Counted from the first letter of the stretch, positions 51,269 through 61,934 are shown. The stretch is DNA of 64,000 nt from Dehalococcoidia bacterium (GCA_034421095.1 DAOUKR010000012.1:9592-73591), one strand, 5' to 3'. The notes: generated by a model from the sequence alone, not told the origin. Made by a program: numbers and translations.

Positions 51269-52621
51269 TTAGTCTACGGGCGGCAGCAATCGGAAGTTAA
51301 GGGTTGTTTCGCACCAAGCGGCAGCCGCCAGTAACCGGGCCTCGGCGAAGGGAGCAGCTATCAGTTGGATTCCCAGTGGGAGGCCGGATTCCGCTAGACC
51401 TGAAGGGATGGATATGGCAGGCAACCCGCAGGATGTCCAGGGACCCTGAAACAGGGGATTGCCAGTGTTTGTCAGGTCGGCCAGGGGAGGAGTTGGCGTT
51501 GATGGGGTTAGCAACACATCTACCGTCTCCGACAGGATCTCCATATCGGTGATAAACTGCCGCCGTCGCTCAAGGGCTCGAGAATAGGTAGCTGCGTCCG
51601 TGCCTAACCCCCGGCCTATCATTTCACGCAGCTTGGGCTGGTAGTCTCCGGCCCGCTGCTCGAACATGGGCTGGTGAAAGGCCGCACCCTCTACCGCCAT
51701 GACGGTCTGTTGGTCGTCAAATGCAGTGGCCATGCTGTCGGGCAACGGGACTTCCTCTATGGTGGCTCCTGCTTCTCTCAATCTTTCTACAACGGCATTC
51801 ACGTGTCGCCGGGTCTCAACGTCGGCATGGTCATAGAAGAACTGTCGTATGAGGCCGATGCGGGGTGCAGTGGGAGCCGCCAGCGCTTCAAGGTAGTTAG
51901 GTGAAGTCTCCCGAGATGCAACCGGGTCCTTGGGGTCAGGCCCGGACATGACTTGCAACAACAGGGCGGCGTCCTCTACGCTGCGTACCAGCCATCCCAC
52001 CGTGTCCAGGGACCAGCTAACGGGAACCACTCCATGCCGGCTGACCCGTCCAAAGGTGGGCTTGAAACCTACGATCCCGTTGTATGCCGCCGGGCGCAGC
52101 ACCGAGCCCACTGTCTGCGACCCCAGAGCACCGGGACACATCCGAGCGGCCACGGCCACCGCCGACCCGCTGCTTGACCCTCCGGGCGTGTGGGCAGAGT
52201 TCCAGGGATTGATGGTTGGGGACGGGTCCATACAGGCAAATTCGGTGGTTACCGTCTTGCCCAGCATGATGGCCCCCGCCCTCTTCAACAAGGCTACGGT
52301 GGTGGCGTCGTAGTCGGGCACAAAGTCTGCATAAATCTTTGAGCAGGCCGTGGTAGGAATCCCGGCATTGTGGTAAATGTCCTTTAGCCCTATGGGCACT
52401 CCATACAACGGGCCGATTTCAATGCCAGAATCCAGTGCAGACTGCTTTTCCCGGGCCTCGGAAACCACAGACTCCCGGTCCAGGTACATCCAAGCCTTCA
52501 GTTTGGGTTCCAGTGCGTCAATTCGGTTTAACAGGGACTCGACCAACTCCACCGGGGACAGTTCCCGGCGACGGATACTACTCGCCGATTCTGCTACCGA
52601 AAGCTCAAAGGGTTCCGGCAT
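51269..52621 (-). CDS. Amidase (amidase-signature family, GatA-like)
   Basis: The AS motif GGSSSGSAVAVAA and GVPIGLKD are present. The start is set at MPEPFEL (52621), behind a GGAGG RBS. Confidence 0.85.
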   Translation of the reverse strand: MPEPFELSVAESASSIRRRELSPVELVESLLNRIDALEPKLKAWMYLDRESVVSEAREKQSALDSGIEIGPLYGVPIGLKDIYHNAGIPTTACSKIYADFVPDYDATTVALLKRAGAIMLGKTVTTEFACMDPSPTINPWNSAHTPGGSSSGSAVAVAARMCPGALGSQTVGSVLRPAAYNGIVGFKPTFGRVSRHGVVPVSWSLDTVGWLVRSVEDAALLLQVMSGPDPKDPVASRETSPNYLEALAAPTAPRIGLIRQFFYDHADVETRRHVNAVVERLREAGATIEEVPLPDSMATAFDDQQTVMAVEGAAFHQPMFEQRAGDYQPKLREMIGRGLGTDAATYSRALERRRQFITDMEILSETVDVLLTPSTPTPPLADLTNTGNPLFQGPWTSCGLPAISIPSGLAESGLPLGIQLIAAPFAEARLLAAAAWCETTLNFRLLPPVD

Positions 52622-52677
52622 TGCATACCTCCATAGACGCTTCGATTGACCTACAAGCCGCCGGGGAAAGCGGGAGG

Positions 52678-53337
52678 TCACCCCCTTGGAGAGAAGGAGG
52701 TGGGGCGCAGGACCGTGCTATAGTTTTTACGCACCAGCGGGCCGTTCACCTCCGACTCCGCTCGTGCCTTCTGCCACTCCGCATCCCCGCCAAAGGACGC
52801 CCAAGTCTTCTCCCTGTCGCCAAGGCTGGAGTAGCCCAGCATGTACACCAGACGGTTGGTGATGCCGACGTCGTCGGTCCAGTAGCCGACCACCTCCATG
52901 CCATGTTTCTTGAACAGGCGGGTAGTGTGATTGGCAAACCGGTTGTGCAGGTCAGGAAGTTTGCCAGGCATGGCGTCGTAGATGCGCATCTCTTGTACGG
53001 CGGTTGTGATTCTGGGCTCAGGCGAGTAATCGGTGAGGCGCATAAAGGTGTTACGCGACCTGTCTACGTAGAGTCCGTTCTGGGCTGTTTCTTCCCGCAG
53101 GAATTCCCGCCAAGCGGTATCTGCCATGCAGGTGCTCCATTTCGTCTCTCTGTCACCCATACTGTCGAACCTCAACATATAGGTGAGCTGGTTGCTGGTC
53201 CCGATTTCATCGGTCCAGAACCCTATCATCTCGATTCCGTACCTGGCGAAGAGGTCCATGTTGTACGTCCCAAAGCGATTGACGAGGGCCTGCAGTTTGC
53301 CGGGCATTGCGTCGTAGATGCGTAGCTCGTATATCAT
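52678..53337 (-). CDS. Tandem double NIPSNAP domain protein
   Basis: Two repeats are present: MIYELRIYDAMPGKLQALVNRF... and ...EMRIYDAMPGKLPDLHNRF... The start is set at 53337, behind an AAGGAGG RBS. Confidence 0.8.
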   Translation of the reverse strand: MIYELRIYDAMPGKLQALVNRFGTYNMDLFARYGIEMIGFWTDEIGTSNQLTYMLRFDSMGDRETKWSTCMADTAWREFLREETAQNGLYVDRSRNTFMRLTDYSPEPRITTAVQEMRIYDAMPGKLPDLHNRFANHTTRLFKKHGMEVVGYWTDDVGITNRLVYMLGYSSLGDREKTWASFGGDAEWQKARAESEVNGPLVRKNYSTVLRPTSFSPRG

Positions 53338-53390
53338 CTGGACACCTCCTTGAGTATATTGGTAGTGGTTGCTTCTCGCGCCACCTGTGT

Positions 53391-54407
53391 TTACGTTGCC
53401 AGCAACTCTCTTATCGCACCGTCCAGAATTTCCGTATCCTGGGGATTGAACCCCGGGCCTCCCGCCAGGTGCCCCCATATTGAGTGCATGGGCCGTAGCT
53501 CCGCGTTTGGCATGTGCTCGACCTCGTACTCACTGTCCTCCGGCGGGAAATAGAGGTCGGTCTTGCATGGCATGACGATAGCTCTGGCTTTAATGGCATT
53601 GAGGGCCATCTCAAAATCGCCGTTGTATTTCGGGTTGGCGCTGATGTCTGCATTCTGCCAGGACCAGAGCATAGCCAGCAAATCGTTGGCGTCCTGGTCC
53701 AGGCGGCGACCTTCCCAAAAGGCAGTCAGATAGTCTTCAAGCGAGGAGTAGCCAATCTTCAGGTAGACTTCCTCACGGTAGAAAGCTTGAGAAACGGCCC
53801 ATCCTGCATAGACTCTTCCCATCGCCCGCAAGCCTTTCAGTGGCGGCTTCTCGTACCATCCGCCCAGCCAGGCATCATCGGCGGTGAGTGCCGCCTTTAC
53901 GCCCTCCAGGAAAACGTAGTTATGATGGGAAGTTCTGGCCGACCCGCACCAGGGGAGGATGCACTCCACCATGTCGGGGAAAAGTGCGCCCCAATGGAAC
54001 GTTTGCTGAGCACCCATGGACCAGCCGGTGACAAGGGCAATATTTTCGACTCCGAACTTCTCGGTGACAAGCCGATGTTGGCAAATTACGTTGTCATAGA
54101 GGGTTACGTTGGGAAAGCGCGCCCTGTCATAGGGTGAAGGGTTGTTGCTGGGTGATGAGGACAGTCCATTGCCGAACATATTGGGGATGATGATAAAGTA
54201 GTTCCTCGGGTCGAGAGCCATCTCCTCTCCGATTATGGCCTCGTTATGGGTGTGCTGTCCCCCGTAAAAGGTGGGGTAGATGATGACATTGTCCTTCCCA
54301 CTGTTGAGAGTGCCATAGGTCTTGTAGGCAAGTTTGGCATTCCTGAGAGTTGCCCCGGATTGAAGCACCACGTTGCCCAGTTCAAAGACCTCAAAGTCCG
54401 ATGACAT
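53391..54407 (-). CDS. Alpha/beta hydrolase, homoserine O-acetyltransferase (MetX)-like family
   Basis: The N-terminus ...LQSGATLRNAKLAYKTYGTLN..KDNVIIYPT is MetX-like, and a nucleophile elbow GWSMGA is present. GGGAGG RBS. Confidence 0.72.
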   Translation of the reverse strand: MSSDFEVFELGNVVLQSGATLRNAKLAYKTYGTLNSGKDNVIIYPTFYGGQHTHNEAIIGEEMALDPRNYFIIIPNMFGNGLSSSPSNNPSPYDRARFPNVTLYDNVICQHRLVTEKFGVENIALVTGWSMGAQQTFHWGALFPDMVECILPWCGSARTSHHNYVFLEGVKAALTADDAWLGGWYEKPPLKGLRAMGRVYAGWAVSQAFYREEVYLKIGYSSLEDYLTAFWEGRRLDQDANDLLAMLWSWQNADISANPKYNGDFEMALNAIKARAIVMPCKTDLYFPPEDSEYEVEHMPNAELRPMHSIWGHLAGGPGFNPQDTEILDGAIRELLAT

Positions 54408-54593
54408 CTTACCTCCCGGATTCGTCTTCGCACCTCAGTGCGCCGAGTGTAGCAGAGGCTTCAGGCAGCGTCAACCGGATGCCTGTGCTATAGAGATATT
54501 CTGACTGGAGGGCGCTTCAAAAGGTCCTGGAGTTTCTGAGATAATCATGGCGGGATACTTGTAGTCCCGTGTAGCCTGTACTTCAAGGCGGGA

Positions 54594-55478
54594 ATGGATA
54601 TGAAGGTACATCTGATAGATGGCACATACGAGCTTTTCAGGGCCTATTTCGCCATGCCTCCAATCACCGGGCCCGATGGCCGACCGGTCGGAGCAGTGCG
54701 AGGGCTTATACAAACTCTGCTAGCCCTACTGCGCCAGGACGACGTTACCCATGTAGCATGTGCCTTCGATCATGTTATCGAGTCTTTCAGAAACCACCTT
54801 TTCCCAGGATACAAGAGCGGTGAGGGGACCCCGGAAGACCTGATGAGCCAGTTCGGGTTGGCGGAGCGGGCAGCTTCTTCTCTGGGTATCGTGGTCTGGC
54901 CAATGGTCGAGTTCGAGGCTGACGACGCCATTGCCACGGCTGCGTTCCGATGGTGGGATGCTCCGGGCGTGGAACAGGTCGTTATCTGCTCCCCAGATAA
55001 AGACCTCACCCAAATGGTGCGTGGCAAGAGGGTGGTATGCCTGAACAGGCGCACACACGTCACTATGGACGAGGATGGAGTGGTAGAAAAGTTCGGCGTC
55101 TCGCCCGACTCCATACCGGACTACCTGGCACTGGTCGGCGACGCCGCCGATGGAATACCGGGAGTCCCCAGATGGGGAGCCAAGACCACTGCACAGGTTC
55201 TGCAACGTTATGGCCATATAGAGGGTATTTCCGACAAACCTTCAGAGTGGGACTTGAAGCTCCGGGGCGCAGACGCCTTGGCTGCCAGCCTCTCTGAGCA
55301 CCGGGATAAGGCCATGTTGTACAGAGAGCTGGCCACTCTGCGCCTGGACGTGCCCATATCGGAAACCCTTGACCAGATGGAATGGCATGGCGTCTTGAGG
55401 CGAGACTACCTTCTGCTATGCGAGGAATTGGGCTTCTCGGCGCTGTCGGAGGTTCCCCACAAGTGGGCTGATGAGTAG
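54594..55478 (+). CDS. 5'-3' exonuclease / flap endonuclease (Pol I N-terminal domain-like)
   Basis: VHLIDGTYELFRAYFA...FEADDAIAT...SPDKDLTQ...IPDYLALVGDAADGIPGVP.WG.KTA. Confidence 0.87.
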   Translation: MDMKVHLIDGTYELFRAYFAMPPITGPDGRPVGAVRGLIQTLLALLRQDDVTHVACAFDHVIESFRNHLFPGYKSGEGTPEDLMSQFGLAERAASSLGIVVWPMVEFEADDAIATAAFRWWDAPGVEQVVICSPDKDLTQMVRGKRVVCLNRRTHVTMDEDGVVEKFGVSPDSIPDYLALVGDAADGIPGVPRWGAKTTAQVLQRYGHIEGISDKPSEWDLKLRGADALAASLSEHRDKAMLYRELATLRLDVPISETLDQMEWHGVLRRDYLLLCEELGFSALSEVPHKWADE

Positions 55479-55624
55479 GCATCCTCGTGAGGTGTCCTAT
55501 CAGCCAGACCCAGTGCCCCGGCCAGGGTCTTTCGGTTGTACCCGCTTCTCCGATTCCGCTTGTCCCTCACACACTCTTCCTCCTCGTCCTAACCTTCTCC
55601 CACCAGGGGAGAGGGGATATTGCC

Positions 55625-55662
55625 CCCTCGCCCTTGATGGGAGAGGGTTGGGGTGAGGGTGA
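55625..55662. repeat. Dispersed G/C-rich hairpin repeat, copy B
   Basis: CCCTCGCCC-TTGAT-GGGAGAGGG followed by TTGGGGTGAGGGTGA; positions 55631-55662 match copy A (49802-49833) at 29/32. It is preceded by another hairpin, TCTCCC-ACCAG-GGGAGA. Intergenic. Confidence 0.6.
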
Positions 55663-55779
55663 ATCATCGAAAGGCCCAATGCCCCGGCTAAGGGAGTTGA
55701 CTTTGAGGGCGGTTGGATAAACAATGTATTCGGCGGAGACACGTCCCAATTGACATAACGGAAATGGAGGACGGATAAC

Positions 55780-56835
55780 ATGGTGAACGAGACACCGTTG
55801 GCGGGTGGCCCCATCCAGTTTGGCCTCTTTGATTGGATTGAGAGTGACAAGCTTCTCGCACGCGACACCTTCGAAGAGAGGTTGAAGATGCTGGAGTACG
55901 CCGACGAGTCGGGGTTCTTCTGCTACCAACTGGCCGAACACCACCTCACACCGCTGTGCCTCGCTCCGTCTCCGGGAATTTTCCTTGCTGCGGCCGCCCA
56001 GCGCACCAGGCATATCAGGCTGGGGCCACTGGTCTATCTCCTTCCTCTCTACGACCCTCTCAGATTGCTTCAGGAAATCTGTATGCTGGACCATTTGAGC
56101 AACGGGAGATTGGACGTCGGAGTTGGCAGGGGAGTCGTGCCTTTCGAGATTGCCAGCTATAACGTGAACCCCGACGAGACCGGAGACATCTTCAACGAGG
56201 CCCTGGACGTTCTACTCAAAGGCTTTACCAATGACGTAATCTCCCATGAGGGAAGGTACTTCACTTACGAGAACGTGCGTCCCTGGATTCGCCCTCTCCA
56301 ACAGCCATATCCTCCCCTCTGGTATGCTTCTACCAACGTTGAGTCCGCTCCCTGGGTGGCCCGGAATGGGTTCAATACGGCCAATATCTTCAATCCTTCT
56401 TCCGACATCAGGGCATATTTCGACCTGTACAAGAGTTCCTGGCGGGAGCACCAGGATGACCCAGGTCGCCTGAACCCCCACGTTGACATGCCCAAGTACG
56501 GGCTGGTCCGCCACGTTTACGTGGCACCCACGGACCGGCAAGCCGAAGAGGAGTGCAGAGCGGCCCATAAGGCCTGGTTTCACAATATAAGCCTTCTTCC
56601 CACCCTGACAGGAGAACCCAGAAACATGGGCTTCATATCCAACTATGATTCACTCAGGGGCAACGAGGTAATGATTGCAGGTTCCCCGGAAAGCGTGACC
56701 GACCAGGTGAGGCGGGGCATCGAAGATACCGGGTGCAACTACTTCGGCTGCATCTTCGCTTTCGGGGACCTTACCCATGAGCAGGTAATGAGGTCTATGC
56801 GCCTGTTCGTACAGGAAGTTGTGCCGTCCATATAA
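55780..56835 (+). CDS. LLM-class flavin-dependent oxidoreductase (paralogue 2)
   Basis: IQFGLFDW...GFFCYQLAEHH...GRLDVGVGRG is the typical LLM pattern. GGAGG RBS. Confidence 0.85.
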   Translation: MVNETPLAGGPIQFGLFDWIESDKLLARDTFEERLKMLEYADESGFFCYQLAEHHLTPLCLAPSPGIFLAAAAQRTRHIRLGPLVYLLPLYDPLRLLQEICMLDHLSNGRLDVGVGRGVVPFEIASYNVNPDETGDIFNEALDVLLKGFTNDVISHEGRYFTYENVRPWIRPLQQPYPPLWYASTNVESAPWVARNGFNTANIFNPSSDIRAYFDLYKSSWREHQDDPGRLNPHVDMPKYGLVRHVYVAPTDRQAEEECRAAHKAWFHNISLLPTLTGEPRNMGFISNYDSLRGNEVMIAGSPESVTDQVRRGIEDTGCNYFGCIFAFGDLTHEQVMRSMRLFVQEVVPSI

Positions 56836-57004
56836 GCGAATTCAAGCGGGATGGGCCAGCTTTGTCTATTTCTTGACTGTACCCGTGACAAGCTATATAG
56901 TGTGTTCCGAGTGGTAAAGGGACCGGAACACATCGCGGATAGTGCAATCCGGCAACCGGAGGATGGTCCCAGAGAAGGTCAACCTGTTAAGGAGGTACAT
57001 GGAT

Positions 57005-57952
57005 ATGACGACGACATTGGGCGGTGGGAACTTGCTTTACGACCCCATAGAAAGTTGGGAGCAGCTTCCCGACGGGTGGTCCTTTCACGAATGCCCCGGA
57101 GTGGCGGTAGATTCCCAGGATAACGTGTATGTCCTGACGCGTGGTGAGCATCCAATCATCGTGTTCGACAGGGATGGCAAGTTCCTTCGCTCATTTGGTG
57201 AGGGTCTCTTTAGTGAGGACAGGACTCATGGACTCTACATGGCCCACGATGACTCGATACTTGTGGCCGACGACGGGATACACACGGTCCAGAAGTTTAA
57301 CTCCAAGGGCGAGAAGTTGATGGAAATCGGGCAGCGAAATCATCCTGCTCCCAAGTGGAGCGGCCAGCCCTTTAATCGCCCCACGTCGGCGGCCATTATG
57401 CCCAGCAATGGAGACGTGTACATCTCGGACGGCTACGGCAACTCTCGGGTCCACGTATACACCGGTACTGGCGAGTACAAGTTCTCCTGGGGTAGTCCAG
57501 GCATCGACCCGGGCCAGTTCATGCGGCCTCACAATATCGCCATAGACGGCAACGACCGGGTCTACGTGGTTGACCGGGAAGCCCACAGAATACAGATATT
57601 CGACCCCAAGGGCAATTTCATCACCATGTGGAACAACATCCATCGTCCGGACGCCATGGTGCTCTGGCAGGACAATATCTACGTTGGAGAGCTCAATGGG
57701 ATGACCGGTGTTGATGATGCCCCCGGTATGGGGCATCGAGTGAGCATCTTCGACCTGAATGGGAACCTTTTGGCCCGGTTTGGCGCTCCTGAAGAAGGGG
57801 AAGGTCCGGGCCAGTTCATCGCCCCCCACGGCATAGCGGTGGACTCCCGGGGCGACATATACGTGGCCGAAGTAGCCTATACCATCCGAGGGCGCCACAT
57901 GGACCCACCCAGAACGCCGAAAAGCCTGAAGAAGTTTGCCCGGAAGCGGTAA
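57005..57952 (+). CDS. NHL-repeat beta-propeller protein (peptidyl-alpha-hydroxyglycine alpha-amidating lyase-like)
   Basis: Repeated ...D..GN.YV.D..N.R.Q.F... blades are present (VYVLTRGEHPIIVFDRDG, ILVADDGIHTVQKF, VYISDGYGNSRVHVY, VYVVDREAHRIQIFD, IYVAEV). The start is ATG 57005 or 56999, after an AAGGAGG RBS. Confidence 0.75.
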   Translation: MTTTLGGGNLLYDPIESWEQLPDGWSFHECPGVAVDSQDNVYVLTRGEHPIIVFDRDGKFLRSFGEGLFSEDRTHGLYMAHDDSILVADDGIHTVQKFNSKGEKLMEIGQRNHPAPKWSGQPFNRPTSAAIMPSNGDVYISDGYGNSRVHVYTGTGEYKFSWGSPGIDPGQFMRPHNIAIDGNDRVYVVDREAHRIQIFDPKGNFITMWNNIHRPDAMVLWQDNIYVGELNGMTGVDDAPGMGHRVSIFDLNGNLLARFGAPEEGEGPGQFIAPHGIAVDSRGDIYVAEVAYTIRGRHMDPPRTPKSLKKFARKR

Positions 57953-58025
57953 TGGACCGTTTGATAGATAAAACAGACAGGGGCGAGGAATTCCTCGCCC
58001 CTGTTGCTTGACATAAAATCGAAGG

Positions 58026-58955
58026 CTAGAAAATCGCCAGGGGGTTTATGGGCGAGCCAGTAGCGTTGTGGAACCTGAGCGGTGCGACAACGAACATGAA
58101 CTCCCATCGCCCCAGTCGTTGGCAGACTTTGACCAGTTCCTCACAGTTGGCGGCATCAATGAGCCACAGCCCCATTGCCACGATTCCCACACGGTGTACG
58201 GGCAACGATACCTTGCTGTAGCCACTGGGGTCCACGTCCTGGGAGGCGTCGGCCAGAATAATAGAGACGCCTCGCTCGTGCAGCCAGGGAAGAGTGGCGG
58301 CATGAAGACCGGGCCTGCCTGGTGCCGGGGTTGGCGTTTGCTCTCGCTTCTTGTACCAGCCCAGGCGGACCAGCAGAGCATCTCCCTCTTCTACCCTTAC
58401 TCCCTGGGCGCGCTCCGCCGCCTCCAGGTCATCCGGGAAGACCGCCTCTCCTTCTTCCAGCCACTCCTTACCCTTAAGCCGGGCGATGTCAAGAAGCACG
58501 CCACGAGTTACGACGCCGTCCTGTGCTCTGTCAATGTGACCTGCGGTGGCCTTCTGCTGGGCGTTTACCAGGGATGCAGATTTGCCGTTGTACATCTTTC
58601 CATCCCAGAATTGGTGGCAGAGACTATCCAGGTGAGTGATGGTATATCCATGGTAGGACAACCCGATGAAGTCGGATGAGCCTCCGGGGCCGCTGCTTGG
58701 AGCCGATTCGCCGGTATTAATCATGTAGTGCAGGGGCGGGATGGACACTACGTCAGGAGCTATCTCAGGGACAATAAGCCTGGAGCAGGTGACGCTTATC
58801 CCCTCTTTGACCAGCCTCCCCGCTTGGGCCCGTTTCTCCGGCGTAATCAAGTTAAGGGTGCCCAACTCGTCATCTTGGCCCCATCTTCCCCAGTTGCTCA
58901 GGGAGGTCATGTAACCCAGAACTTCCTCCTCGGTTGGGACCTGTCTGGTCGCCAT
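58026..58955 (-). CDS. Cyclase family protein (kynurenine formamidase-like)
   Basis: ...GTLNLITPE...SYHGYTITHLDSLCH is the putative-cyclase HxGTHxD-like region. AAGGAGG RBS. Confidence 0.78.
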   Translation of the reverse strand: MATRQVPTEEEVLGYMTSLSNWGRWGQDDELGTLNLITPEKRAQAGRLVKEGISVTCSRLIVPEIAPDVVSIPPLHYMINTGESAPSSGPGGSSDFIGLSYHGYTITHLDSLCHQFWDGKMYNGKSASLVNAQQKATAGHIDRAQDGVVTRGVLLDIARLKGKEWLEEGEAVFPDDLEAAERAQGVRVEEGDALLVRLGWYKKREQTPTPAPGRPGLHAATLPWLHERGVSIILADASQDVDPSGYSKVSLPVHRVGIVAMGLWLIDAANCEELVKVCQRLGRWEFMFVVAPLRFHNATGSPINPLAIF

Positions 58956-59051
58956 AGCTACCTCCTTAAAAAGATTGCTGGAAAGTGAACACAGGGTTGC
59001 ACCTGTGTGGTATCATATCCGATGTCAACACGCTAGACAAGAGGTGAAAAT

Positions 59052-59795
59052 ATGGTTACGTCACAGCTACAGACAAGGACAGTACAATTCCCCAGCCAGC
59101 AGGATGAAACACTGGTCAACGCATACTTTACCCGGCCCACCTCACGCGGCTTCTATCCGGGCATAATTGTCATAATGGAAGCCTTTGGAATGGTGGAGCA
59201 CATCAACGACGTGGCCCGGCGTTTCGCGACGGAGAAGTTCATAGCTCTGGCACCGGACATGTACACTCGCGAAGGCTCGCCAGACCCCAACAACATGGAT
59301 GAGGTGATGCAGAAGATGTTCTCGGTGCCGGACTCCCAGGCAATGGCAGACCTGGAAGGGGCTGCCGCCTATCTCAAGAGCCGGCCCGACTGCAACGGCA
59401 AGATAGGGGTCATAGGCTTTTGCTCAGGAGGCCGGTATACCTTCATGTTCGCCTGCAACAGCAAGAACGTCGACGCTGCCATTGACTCCGCCGGCGGTTT
59501 CATAATCCAGGACGAACATACCCCTCAGAGGCCGGTATCTCCCATTGATATGGTCCCCAATCTGTCCTGCCCCATGCTAGGGCTATTCGGTGAGGAGGAC
59601 CCCAACCCTTCCCCGGCTCATGCCGCTCGCATAAAGGAAGAGATGAGCAAGCACGGCAAGACCTATGAGGAGGTAATGTACTCCGACGCCGGCCACGCCT
59701 TCTTCGCCGACTATCGGCCCAGCTATCGGAAGCACGCGGCAGACGATGCCTGGGAACGGATGCTGGACTGGTTTGGCCGCTATTTGAGGACGTAA
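59052..59795 (+). CDS. Dienelactone hydrolase family protein
   Basis: PGIIVIMEAFG...IGVIGFCSGGR (nucleophile Cys elbow)...DAGHAFF. Confidence 0.85.
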   Translation: MVTSQLQTRTVQFPSQQDETLVNAYFTRPTSRGFYPGIIVIMEAFGMVEHINDVARRFATEKFIALAPDMYTREGSPDPNNMDEVMQKMFSVPDSQAMADLEGAAAYLKSRPDCNGKIGVIGFCSGGRYTFMFACNSKNVDAAIDSAGGFIIQDEHTPQRPVSPIDMVPNLSCPMLGLFGEEDPNPSPAHAARIKEEMSKHGKTYEEVMYSDAGHAFFADYRPSYRKHAADDAWERMLDWFGRYLRT

Positions 59796-59887
59796 GGATA
59801 CGTTACTATTATCCCGGTCTCTAGAAGGTCGCCCGACCGTGCGAAGGCCGATCCTTAGCCGGCATGACCCCCTAAGAGGAGAAACCA

Positions 59888-60310
59888 ATGACTCTAAATA
59901 CCTATCTGACCTTCGAAGACAACTGCCGAGAGGCGTTCGACTTCTACCGGTCGGTATTCGGTGGGGAATTCACCGTAATGGTGACATTCAGAGACGGACC
60001 GCCCGACATGGGCGTGCCCGAGTCGGAGTTGGACAGAATAATGCACATATCCCTCCCGATAGGGTCTAGCGTGCTGATGGGCAGCGACTCCACCTCCACG
60101 TTCGGGCCGGGGCCGGTGATTGGAACCAACTTCTCCATCTCCTACCAGGCGGAGTCCAGAGAGAACGCCGACGACACGCTCGCCAAACTGTCGAAGGGCG
60201 GCAGGGTGACGATGCCAATGGGGGACCAGTTCTGGGGAGACTACTTCGGATCGTGCGTGGACACGTTCGGAATCGCCTGGCAAGTGCTTGTAGAACAAAG
60301 TCAGGGCTGA
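59888..60310 (+). CDS. VOC/glyoxalase-fold protein, PhnB-like
   Basis: LNTYLTFEDNCREAFDFYRSVFGGE...MHISLPIG.SVLMGSD...FWGDYFGSCVDTFGIAWQV. Confidence 0.75.
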   Translation: MTLNTYLTFEDNCREAFDFYRSVFGGEFTVMVTFRDGPPDMGVPESELDRIMHISLPIGSSVLMGSDSTSTFGPGPVIGTNFSISYQAESRENADDTLAKLSKGGRVTMPMGDQFWGDYFGSCVDTFGIAWQVLVEQSQG

Positions 60311-60530
60311 GTGGGCTTGTGGTGTAGAGTGCGGGGGCTAAGGGTAGGCCCCTTCGATGTAGTCAGGCCGAAGGAAAGGATATAGGGGCGGTCTGGGAAG
60401 GGTATTCGATTATAGACAAGCGAAAGACCCTGACCCATTTCCCGGCTTGTTGATTGACACTCCATTGGGTAGCTGTTAGGATTTAGACGGAATCCAGACA
60501 CAAGGTATCGTATTTTCCGGGGTGGCGAAT

Positions 60531-61934
60531 ATGGTAGGAATTAAATCCTTCGGGGCATATATTCCTAGATACCGGTTGGGCAAGGAAACTGAGGGTTGGA
60601 GATCGTCAGGCGAGAAGGCCGTCGCCAACTTTGACGAGGACAGCGTGACTATGGCAGTGGCCGCCGGGGTCAACTGCCTGGGAGAAATTGACCGTGAGTC
60701 AATAGATGGCCTTCTCTTTGCCACCACTACCCCACCCTATTCGGAGAAGCAGTGCGCCGCCATAATAGCGACGGCCCTTGACCTGAGGCGGGACATCTTT
60801 ACCGCAGATGTGACAGGGGTACTCCGGGCGGGCACTACCGCCGTGAAAATGGCGATGGATTCTATAGCTGCCGGCTCAGCAAAACAGATACTGATAATAG
60901 CCTCCGACGCTCGCCTGGGTGCTCCCAAAGGCGACATGGAGCGTACCCTTGGCGATGGAGCGGCTGCAATCCTCATAGCCCAGGACGGGATAGCCGCCTC
61001 CATAGAGGGAACACATTTCATCACCGAGAACATGCTGGACACGTGGCGGTCCCAGGGCGACCCCTTCATACGGTCCTGGGAGGACCGTTTTATGAATGAG
61101 GAGGGACTTGAGCGCATCCTTGTTGATGCCGTAAGCGGGTTCATGGAAAAGCACGGTGTTACGCCAAAGGCGTTCGCCAAGGTTGGATTTTACGCCCCCG
61201 ATGCCCGCCGTCACTCCCAGCTAAGCAGACGCTTGGGATTCTCACAGGAGCAGCTCCAGGACCCTCTATTGGGAGAAATGGGCAATACAGGAGCCGCATA
61301 TCCGTTGATGATTCTGATTGGCGCCTTGGAGCAATCCGGCGACGGAGACCTGCTGCTCATGGCCAGCTATGGAGATGGCAGCGATGTTCTCTCGTTCCGG
61401 GTGAACGCGAATATAGATAATCTAAAAGACGGGCTGGATATACGGAAGCAACTGGAGTCCAAGAAAATGATTCCCAGCTACGAGACTTATGCTCGTTGGC
61501 GGGAGGTGTGGACCTCCGACGCTGCCAGACGCCCGCCGCCCGCAGTACCCTCCGTCACGGCAATTTGGCGTGAATCGGAGCAAAACATCCGGCTTTACGG
61601 TGCCAGGTGCAACCGATGTGGCTATATACAGTACCCACCTCAGAGGATATGTACCATGTGCCAGTCCAAGGACGATTTCCAGTCCCTGCGCCTTTCGGAT
61701 AAAAAGGGAACTGTCTTCACTTACTCGATGGACTACCTCGCCGGCACTACGGACACCCCCCTGGTTATCACCGTCGTTAACTTTGAATGTGGTGGCAGGA
61801 TGCTGTGTATGATGACCGACAGGGAATTGGATGAAGTCGAAGTCGGGATGCCCGTGGAGATGAGCTTCAGGAAACTACGTGTTGTGAACGGCATTCACAA
61901 CTACTACTGGAAGTCCATACCGGCACGGACCTAA
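60531..61934 (+). CDS. HMG-CoA synthase-like condensing enzyme fused to a C-terminal DUF35 (Zn-ribbon + OB-fold) domain
   Basis: N-terminal MVGIKSFGAYIPRYRL...SEKQCAA (catalytic Cys region). The C-terminal ~130 aa contain the CNRCGYIQYPPQRICTMCQS ribbon and an OB-like tail. An alternative GTG start lies at 60522. Confidence 0.8.
   Translation: MVGIKSFGAYIPRYRLGKETEGWRSSGEKAVANFDEDSVTMAVAAGVNCLGEIDRESIDGLLFATTTPPYSEKQCAAIIATALDLRRDIFTADVTGVLRAGTTAVKMAMDSIAAGSAKQILIIASDARLGAPKGDMERTLGDGAAAILIAQDGIAASIEGTHFITENMLDTWRSQGDPFIRSWEDRFMNEEGLERILVDAVSGFMEKHGVTPKAFAKVGFYAPDARRHSQLSRRLGFSQEQLQDPLLGEMGNTGAAYPLMILIGALEQSGDGDLLLMASYGDGSDVLSFRVNANIDNLKDGLDIRKQLESKKMIPSYETYARWREVWTSDAARRPPPAVPSVTAIWRESEQNIRLYGARCNRCGYIQYPPQRICTMCQSKDDFQSLRLSDKKGTVFTYSMDYLAGTTDTPLVITVVNFECGGRMLCMMTDRELDEVEVGMPVEMSFRKLRVVNGIHNYYWKSIPART

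Noticed and set aside
52435-53325. 296-aa plus-strand ORF.
   Set aside because: It is antisense to the amidase and double-NIPSNAP genes, which have clear family signatures and RBSs. The composition is Arg/Pro/Gly-rich and shadow-like.
55487-56094. Short ORFs translating to ...PSPLMGEGWGEGE... (plus strand) and ...SPSPQPSPIKGEGA... (minus strand, 175 aa).
   Set aside because: They are translations of the G/C-rich hairpin repeat (copy B) and of the antisense strand of the LLM gene. This is the low-complexity peptide pattern typical of mis-called repeat elements.
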